64,000 nt of DNA from Candidatus Caldarchaeum sp. (GTDB lineage: Archaea > Thermoproteota > Nitrososphaeria_A > Caldarchaeales > Caldarchaeaceae). The stretch is taken from contig JAWBKB010000006.1 in NCBI GenBank assembly GCA_038831915.1, forward strand, positions 17,874-81,873, in the 5' to 3' direction. Numbering within the stretch: position 1 is the stretch's first letter; every line of letters starts with the position of its first letter. The position numbers were made by a program, and so were the translations under genes. Below the pieces are notes generated by a model. It searched no databases. It was given only the letters and a program-made list of their open reading frames with translations, and was not told the DNA's origin. Shown one piece after another: positions 57,520 through 64,000 of the stretch.

Positions 57520-58068
57520 ATGGAGGAAATTTACGAAAAGTTGCTCGAACTGTGGAACCAAGAAAGAACTGACGAAAAAATGCAGGCAATTCCCGACAAC
57601 TTCTTCGAAGAGCTGTCCAGTTATGTCGGAAAACTGCGCCGTCAAATCCGCCTCAGCGAGAAAGACTCTCCCAATACGCTTGTCAAAAATAAGGAAATCG
57701 AAATGATCACGCGCCTTCTCGAATCCTTCTTACGGATACGTTTCTACAAGCTGATGGAAGCCGCATTAGAGCAGCGATCTGTGGAAAACATGCTTCCTTT
57801 CGAGAAAAAAACTTTCGCAGCAATCACTCAGACGTTGTCCCAGCACGAAGACAAGATCAAGAACAGTTTGAGCAGTCCAAAGTTATTGATGACTGAAGAG
57901 GAGGAGAAGCTGGAGCTGGTTGTCTTTCTGCAGGATTTTCCCAAATTCGTCGGCGAAGATTTGCGAAGCTACGGGCCTTTTAAAGAAGGCGATGTCACCA
58001 CTATCCATTACGCCAACGCCCAACCACTTTCCAAAAAGAAAATCGTTAGGCCTGTAAAGCTAATCTAG
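57520..58068 (+). CDS. GINS complex subunit GINS15 (Psf1/Sld5-like)
   Basis: A-domain helices, then B-domain PKFVGEDLRSYGPFKEGDV. Follows priS. Confidence 0.88.
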   Translation: MEEIYEKLLELWNQERTDEKMQAIPDNFFEELSSYVGKLRRQIRLSEKDSPNTLVKNKEIEMITRLLESFLRIRFYKLMEAALEQRSVENMLPFEKKTFAAITQTLSQHEDKIKNSLSSPKLLMTEEEEKLELVVFLQDFPKFVGEDLRSYGPFKEGDVTTIHYANAQPLSKKKIVRPVKLI

Positions 58069-59217
58069 CTGAACAATTTCATCGCCTTCCTCTGAAAGAA
58101 CGAGTCTTCCCAGCCTTATCTTAGCTATTTCAGATTCTACCTTTGTCAACAGTTTGACGAAGTTTTTCTCCTTGTTCATTCCGAGGAAGATTCCAAGACC
58201 CTTGTATCGGTTTGATGAATCATATAGGTAGCAGATGACTCCGCACCTTTTCTTGCTCATGATTATTTCGGCGTCGAGGGTTTCGTCCATCTTTATGTTG
58301 AATGCTTCAAGTATCGCCGCTGCGGCGTTGCGATACAGCGTGTGTGGGTCGATTTCTCTGCAGACAGCTTCGAGACGAACCCAAGAAGCTGGCACATGTT
58401 TTAAGGTGAGCTCGCCAAGCGATTTTCTATAAAGCCATTCGCGGGTCTTCTTTCTTTCGGCAAGGTCTCGGTGTTTAACATAAGCTGACGGCTGTGCTTT
58501 AACCACTAAGACATTAGCCTGTTCTAAGGCGTTTACAAGTTCCTCGGTGTTTTCCCCTAAAACCACAGCGGCCGACACGTTCATGGTCTTTAACAGAAGT
58601 TGTTTGTGCGAAATCGCTAAGGCGCCGTCAACCCATCCATCGACATCGATAACCACATGCGCGTCATCAGGCAGGATTTGATTCAGCTCTTCCGCGGCCT
58701 CAGCTATTCTCGTCGCGCATGCAGCGGCTGAAGGAGAGCCTACAGGTATTTGATGAAAAGGTTTCAGGTTGACGAGGTCGTGAACAGGTTCATTCATGAA
58801 TGCAGCGCCTACAACAGTGGGCGATGTGAAGTAGCATTGGCCGGGGTCGAGGCTTACGACGACACATTTGCCGTATTTTTCCACTAAATAGTTGGCGGCG
58901 AACGTCGTCAGCGAAGTTTTTCCACTGTCTGTTCTCCCGCAGACCGCTATGACTTTGCCGGGGCCGGTTTTTTCCACGATTTCGCGCCATCCTTGAACTG
59001 TGCTTCCCTCCTCTACAGTCAAAGTTTTAGCGTCAGCTCCAAGCGTTATCTCAAGCCGGGTGTCTGTTTCGATGTAGATTGGATATCTTCTCCACGGGCG
59101 CATGACGTATGTTTTTCCCTGTTTTAGCCTGCATCCAAATATGGAGGCCTGCCCGCTGATGATTTTTACTGCTGCAGGCCCATCAACTAATAGGGTCTTT
59201 CCCGCTGTAATCTCCAA
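58060..59217 (-). CDS. Clp1/Grc3-family polynucleotide 5'-kinase
   Basis: LLVDGPA.V...G...IFG, P-loop GRTDSGKTS, LDPGQ, IDVDGW. Confidence 0.85.
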   Translation of the reverse strand: MEITAGKTLLVDGPAAVKIISGQASIFGCRLKQGKTYVMRPWRRYPIYIETDTRLEITLGADAKTLTVEEGSTVQGWREIVEKTGPGKVIAVCGRTDSGKTSLTTFAANYLVEKYGKCVVVSLDPGQCYFTSPTVVGAAFMNEPVHDLVNLKPFHQIPVGSPSAAACATRIAEAAEELNQILPDDAHVVIDVDGWVDGALAISHKQLLLKTMNVSAAVVLGENTEELVNALEQANVLVVKAQPSAYVKHRDLAERKKTREWLYRKSLGELTLKHVPASWVRLEAVCREIDPHTLYRNAAAAILEAFNIKMDETLDAEIIMSKKRCGVICYLYDSSNRYKGLGIFLGMNKEKNFVKLLTKVESEIAKIRLGRLVLSEEGDEIVQLD

Positions 59218-59220
59218 ACC

Positions 59221-59874
59221 CTATATCCTCTTCTGTTTTCTCCGCGTCCATGAAATTATCGTGGCCGCTATTTCGTCTTTTCCCCCTGCGAGCTTAGAGG
59301 AATTCCTTTCGGGAACGGTTATGATGTTCTCCGTTGAAAGTCCCGGAATTTTTTCGACCAGTTGTTCAATAAGTGTTTGTCGGAAATCGGGAGCTCCTTC
59401 GCCGACCAGAACCAGCTGCTGCGCATCCGGGTGGTTTGAGAAAAATTCGGCAACGTCGTCGATGAGCGGCTCGTTGCTGAAGTAAGTTTCGGTTCGGAGC
59501 AGAATGTCGTCGGCGAAATAAGCGGCGCCTGTTTTTTTGCCCGGGTCTATGACTACGGTGGCTTTCGCCACTTTTTTCTTTCTGTAACCTGTTTCGATGG
59601 CTTTATCGACGATTGATCGTGGCGAAGATTGAAGGTTTGCTACGAACATCTTTTCAGACAAAACTTCATCATATTCGTTGCGTCTTACGACGACTGCGTC
59701 GGTGGATAGCGGGACTCTATCCAGACTTTCGTAGAGTTTGGCCTCGATGCCTCGTTTGCGGGCTTCGTCGGTGATTTGTTTTCCAAATTTCAAGTCAAGT
59801 GTAACGACTGCAAGCTGAAACTTTTTCTTGACGAGTTCTTTCGTTTTCGGCAACCCAATCGGGTTTAAATGCAC
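59221..59874 (-). CDS. hypothetical protein with RNase H-like (YqgF-type) fold
   Basis: VIDPGKKTGAA, VGEGA, VPE.NSS, D..AA..I. Start uncertain. Confidence 0.65.
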   Translation of the reverse strand: MHLNPIGLPKTKELVKKKFQLAVVTLDLKFGKQITDEARKRGIEAKLYESLDRVPLSTDAVVVRRNEYDEVLSEKMFVANLQSSPRSIVDKAIETGYRKKKVAKATVVIDPGKKTGAAYFADDILLRTETYFSNEPLIDDVAEFFSNHPDAQQLVLVGEGAPDFRQTLIEQLVEKIPGLSTENIITVPERNSSKLAGGKDEIAATIISWTRRKQKRI

Positions 59875-59903
59875 CGTGTTTGTTAAATTTTACTTGAAAA
59901 GCG

Positions 59904-60161
59904 ATGGGTCGAAAACGCAGAAAGATCATCAAGAAGACGCCGAAACCTTTTCCCAAGGTCTATACGTGTCCGCTCTGCGGTGCTGTTGCTGTCACGGTGA
60001 TTCATGAGAAAGGACAGGAAAACGCGACCGTTTCGTGTGGAAACTGTAAAGCATCAGCCGACATTCCTTGGTATCCTTCTTACAGCACCGTCGACGCCTA
60101 CACGAAATGGTATGACATGGTGACGAGAGGAGAGAAGACGGTTGAAGCTGGGCAGGGTTGA
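59904..60161 (+). CDS. elf1: transcription elongation factor Elf1
   Basis: MGRKRRK..P..PKVYTCPLCG..CGNC..VDAY.KWYD. Confidence 0.9.
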   Translation: MGRKRRKIIKKTPKPFPKVYTCPLCGAVAVTVIHEKGQENATVSCGNCKASADIPWYPSYSTVDAYTKWYDMVTRGEKTVEAGQG

Positions 60162-60891
60162 ATCCTACCTCGTGTCGAAGATAGTGTCTGGAGAAAAGCT
60201 TCACATGACTTTGATCGACCCGATTAGCGTTGACATCGACCGGGCTGCTGAAATTGCTTCGTCTGTGGAGCAGGCTGGGTCGGACGCTGTGATGATAGGC
60301 GGCTCAACCCTTCACACTCAAGAACATCTCGACAAATACATACTCGCCATCAAGGCGAGGACTAAGCTTCCGGTGTTAATCTTTCCGAACAACGTTCAAG
60401 CGATAAGCAGGTATGCCGATGCCATTTGGTTTATGAGTTTGTTGAACAGCGTCGACTGGTATTACATTGTGGGTGCTCAGCTTCAAGGCGCGTTGACGGT
60501 GAAAGAGTTCAACCTCGAAGCGATTCCCATGGGATATGTTGTTTTCGGTCATGAGAGCACCGTTGCGGCGATGGGCCGTGTGCTTCCTCTTTCGCCAAAC
60601 CATCGTGAGGTGGCTGTCTGCTACGGGCTGGCCGCACAATACCTCGGTATGCGTTTCCTCTACCTCGAGGCAGGTTCCGGCTCTCCATCACCACTGCCTG
60701 CTTCAACGATAAGCGCGGTCAAGCAATCCATCGAAATCCCGTTGATTGTAGGCGGTGGAATAAAGACAGCGGAACACGCAGCCTTGGTGTCGGAGGCTGG
60801 GGCGGACATTGTCGTTACGGGCACGGCGGTGGAGAAAAGCTTGGAAAAACTTCCCAGCATTATAAGGGGCGTCAAAGCAAGCCGTAGGTAG
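60142..60891 (+). CDS. geranylgeranylglyceryl phosphate synthase
   Basis: LIDP, MIGGST, IFP, SLLNS, YLEAGSG, IVGGGI, AGADIVVTGT. Confidence 0.93.
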   Translation: MKLGRVESYLVSKIVSGEKLHMTLIDPISVDIDRAAEIASSVEQAGSDAVMIGGSTLHTQEHLDKYILAIKARTKLPVLIFPNNVQAISRYADAIWFMSLLNSVDWYYIVGAQLQGALTVKEFNLEAIPMGYVVFGHESTVAAMGRVLPLSPNHREVAVCYGLAAQYLGMRFLYLEAGSGSPSPLPASTISAVKQSIEIPLIVGGGIKTAEHAALVSEAGADIVVTGTAVEKSLEKLPSIIRGVKASRR

Positions 60892-60945
60892 ATGTCTCGG
60901 GCTTCGAGCAGCAAATTTTAACTATTGGTTTTATGTTTTTCGGCC

Positions 60946-63873
60946 ATGTCGGAGGCTCGGTACGTTGATTTAGATGATGTGCTGTCGAGCATCAAGCATG
61001 CTGTGATGATATCTCAGACAGAGGAGGATCTGAGGCTGCGTGTCTCGGGCGTTATTGAGGAGAAAATTCTGAAGCCGTTGGGCATTACGCAGGTGGGGAA
61101 GTATGAGTATACCTTGGTTTCTGGCGTTAAAGTTGATGCGTTATATGGTCATGTTTTGATCGAGTACAAGGCTCCGGGCAAGCTTTCGAGCAAGGGCGAT
61201 GTGGCCAAGGCAAAGGAGCAGCTGGTGAATTACATAATCCAAGAGGCTAATGTCGAGGATAGGTTTCGGTATTTTCTGGGGATTGTCTTATCAGACCGTA
61301 TTGCTTTTCTGAGGTATGACCCTAAGACTTCTGGCGATAAGTGGGTTTTGAGGGGGCCTTATGAGATAAACCGTGAAACTGTTATCAAGCTTGTTGAGGC
61401 TCTTCGTGGTCTTCAGAGGAAAAGGCTTGATGTTGATTCTTTGGTGAGGGATTTTGGGCCTCAGTCGGATGAGGCGAGGAAGCTTGTCAAGCTGTTGTAC
61501 GAGAGGTTGAAGGCGAGTAAATCGGGGAGGGTTAGGGCTTTGTTTGATGATTGGCTGAGGCTTTTCTCTCAGACCACTGGCTACTCTCAGGAAAAGCTGA
61601 AGGAGTTAAAGGAGATTGTGAGGGATTATAGGCTTCCTAAACAAGTTGATTATAATGCTCTGCTTTTCTCGCTTCACACGTATTATGGTTTGGTTATGAA
61701 GTTGCTGGCTGCTGAGATTGCATACCTGTATGGTGGCGGTAAGTGGTTGAGGTCGTATGTGGGTGAGTTGGAGAACGCTTACATGTCGGGCGGTGTGGAT
61801 GAGTTGAGAAAGGTTTTGATGGAGCTTGAAGAGGGGGGTGTTTTCTCAAAGCTCTTGAACATTGTTAACTTTGTTGAGGGGGATTATTTTTCATGGTATT
61901 TGGATGTTCTTGACCGTGATTTGGGCGATGCTGTCGCTGAGGTGGCTAGGAGGCTTGGTGATTATGAGCCTGCTACGCCGCATCTTGAACCTGAGACGAC
62001 TAGGGACCTGTTGAAGAGGCTTTACCAGTCCCTTATCCCGCGTGATGTCCGTCATAAGCTGGGTGAGTTCTACACGCCTGACTGGCTTGCGGAGCTTTTG
62101 CTGAATGAGATGGGGCTTACTGTGGATAGGTTTGAGGCGATGGGTTCTGAGAATCCTTTAAGGCCGTTGGAGTTGAGGGTTTTGGACCCTGCCTGCGGTT
62201 CCGGGACTTTTCTCATCCTTTACCTTAAGAGGTTGAGGAAGTATGCTGAGAACCATTATTTGACTGACCAGCTTGTCAACTATGTTCTCGCCAACGTTGT
62301 GGGGTATGATTTGAATCCGTTGGCTGTGTTGGCGGCTCGGACGAATTATCTCTTGGCTGTTGGCGACCTGTTGGTGTACGTGAAGGGAAGTGTAGAGATT
62401 CCCGTTTATCTTGCTGACTCGATTCTGGTCGAATCCGCAGCAGACCTTCGCGGTCAGGTGTATGTTCTGAGGACCAGTGTTGGGGTGTTTAAGATTCCGA
62501 GGTCGGTGGTTGACAGAGGTCTTCTCACGGATGTTTTGTCCGTTCTTAAGACATCTGTCGCCAATAGATATACTATCAAGGAGTTCAAAGGCCTTTTGGC
62601 GGGCAGGTTTAACTTGGCTGATGATGATTTGCAGATTTTGGGTGAGCTTTTTGATGTTTTTCTGAAGCTTGAGGTCGAGGGGAAGAACCATGTCTGGGTT
62701 TCAATAGTTAGGAACGCGTTTGCACCCATTTTGAAGGGAAGGTTTGACTACGTTGTAGGCAACCCGCCTTGGATAGCGTGGGAGAATTTACCCGAGTCCT
62801 ACAGGGAGATCAGCAAGGAACTATGGATACATTACGGCATTGTTAGCGCTGGAACAGCTAGGTTCAAAAGAGATATGGCGATGCTTTTCTTCGTTAGGTG
62901 TTTTGACCTCTACTTGAAGGATGGTGGTGTTCATGGTTTTCTGGTGCCTTTCACATTGTTTAAGACTCAGGCGGGAGCGGGTTTCAGGACTAAAATAGCC
63001 AACACCTGCAGGATAGTAGTTGTTCATGACTTGGTTACGCTTTATCCGTTCGAGGGAGCTGTCAACAGGACGGCGGCCTTGGTTGCTGAGAAGCCGATGA
63101 GCGAGTCGGCTGTTAGTCGGCTTTATGAGTTTAGGCATGTTGTTTGGGTTAACAGGCGTGGAGGACCTATGCCGACCAATGTCTCGCTTGACGAAGTGCT
63201 TCGTTTGACTGATAGGTATGACATGTTGATGGTGCCGATAAAAGCTAACGACGCGGGGAGTTCATGGATGCAGACAACGCCGAAGGCGCTCAGCGCTATC
63301 AGAAAAGTCTTAGGAAGGTCAGAATATAGAGCCTTCGCAGGCGTTTATCCAGGATTTAATCAAATTTATTTTGTTAAAATTTTGGGCAAGGATAAAGACG
63401 GAAACCTCATCATAACCAACCCGCCTGAGAGCGGTCAGAAAAAATCCGTCAAAAAGATTACGGCAAAGATAGAGCCTGACTTAATCTATCCCCTAATAAG
63501 AGGGAGAGACGTAAAAAAATGGTACGTGGAATTCAAGGATAGGTATGTCATTGTTCCGCATAATCCTAAGACTGGAAGACCATTTGAAGGAAATGAAATG
63601 AAAATCAGGTATTCAAAGACTTACGAATATCTTTATCATTTCAGGGACGAACTTATACAACGGGCTATTAAGCCATTTCTTTCGATGCAGAAGCAAATTC
63701 GGGAACTTGCTAAAAAAGTTGAGATAGAGAAGGCTGAGTTAGAGAACTTAAAGAAGGATGAGAAGAGTTCAGAGAAAGAGAAAAAGGAGAAAATAGAGAA
63801 GTTAGAAAAGGAGATCGAGAATGCGGAGAAAGAGAAGGCTAAGCTGAAGAGGGCGCTCGGTACTGTCAACTAG
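60946..63873 (+). pseudogene. fused restriction-modification enzyme (Type IIG/IIL-like: PD-(D/E)xK nuclease, N6-adenine MTase and TRD), C-terminally truncated by an IS
   Basis: VDALYGHVLIEYKAPG, LGEFYTPDW, motif I LDPACGSGTF, motif IV GNPPW. The last codons (GTVN*) are read from the IS terminal repeat. Confidence 0.8.
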
Positions 63874-64000
63874 GTATTACGCCTCCTTCTCTTGTTTGGG
63901 TTCTTAGGAGTAGGTTATGTATTAGGGCTATTCCTGCTGTTATCTCCTCTATATTCTTTACTGTCTTGGAGTTTATGTTGTTGTGGAATCTTCTGGTTCT
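63859..64000 (-). mobile_element. IS6-family insertion sequence, right end (continues beyond the window)
   Basis: Terminal GGTACTGTCAAC at 63859 resembles IS6 ends (GGnnCTGT). The transposase stop lies inside this repeat. Confidence 0.75.
63866..64000 (-). CDS. IS6-family DDE transposase, C-terminal fragment
   Basis: Manual translation: RTRRFHNNINSKTVKNIEEITAGIALIHNLLLRTQTREGGVIPS*. RT.RF.NN is typical of archaeal IS6 transposases. Confidence 0.75.
   Translation of the reverse strand, partial: RTRRFHNNINSKTVKNIEEITAGIALIHNLLLRTQTREGGVIPS

Noticed and set aside
63636-63869. Ser/Phe-rich minus-strand ORF
   Set aside because: It is the antisense shadow of the Lys/Glu-rich coiled coil.
1-64000. 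Genome-wide TAA reassignment
   Set aside because: Many conserved genes (sui1, tfb, cysS, pcn, rfcS, rpl40e) end at TAA exactly where expected.

Overview
Gene-dense archaeal chromosome segment, most likely from a TACK-superphylum thermophile of the Caldarchaeales/'Aigarchaeota' type. This assignment is inferred from Elf1, Alba, GGGP synthase, GINS15 plus GINS23, tRNAs with non-canonical BHB introns and a grpE-dnaK-dnaJ set. Most of the window is housekeeping: replication (PCNA, RFC-S/L, Orc1/Cdc6, GINS23-MCM-Hel308, PriS-GINS15), transcription and translation (TFB, aIF1, Elf1, CysRS, AspRS, L40e), tRNA maturation (Elp3 fragment, Trm11, RNase Z, ThpR, CCA enzyme, Clp1), PPDK and lipid enzymes. 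Several features are not in the ORF track: three tRNAs (Pro-CGG with a 24/25 intron, Arg-CCT with introns at 24/25 and 51/52 plus a 20-bp duplication of its intron/T-arm, and Val-TAC), a box C/D sRNA, rpl40e and two other small ORFs, two genes each broken by one in-frame TAA, a decayed Ca2+/cation antiporter inside the grpE-dnaK locus, and an IS6-family end that truncates a foreign-looking fused restriction-modification gene at the right edge. The strongest leads for new biology are (i) a ribophorin-I/OST1-like type I membrane protein beside an AglH/ALG7 glycosylation cluster that also holds a degenerate nucleotide-sugar dehydrogenase, and (ii) a three-gene operon of a 49-aa protein, a degenerate ParB/Srx-domain protein and a dual-specificity phosphatase. 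All family calls come from motif recognition by eye; no database search was run.
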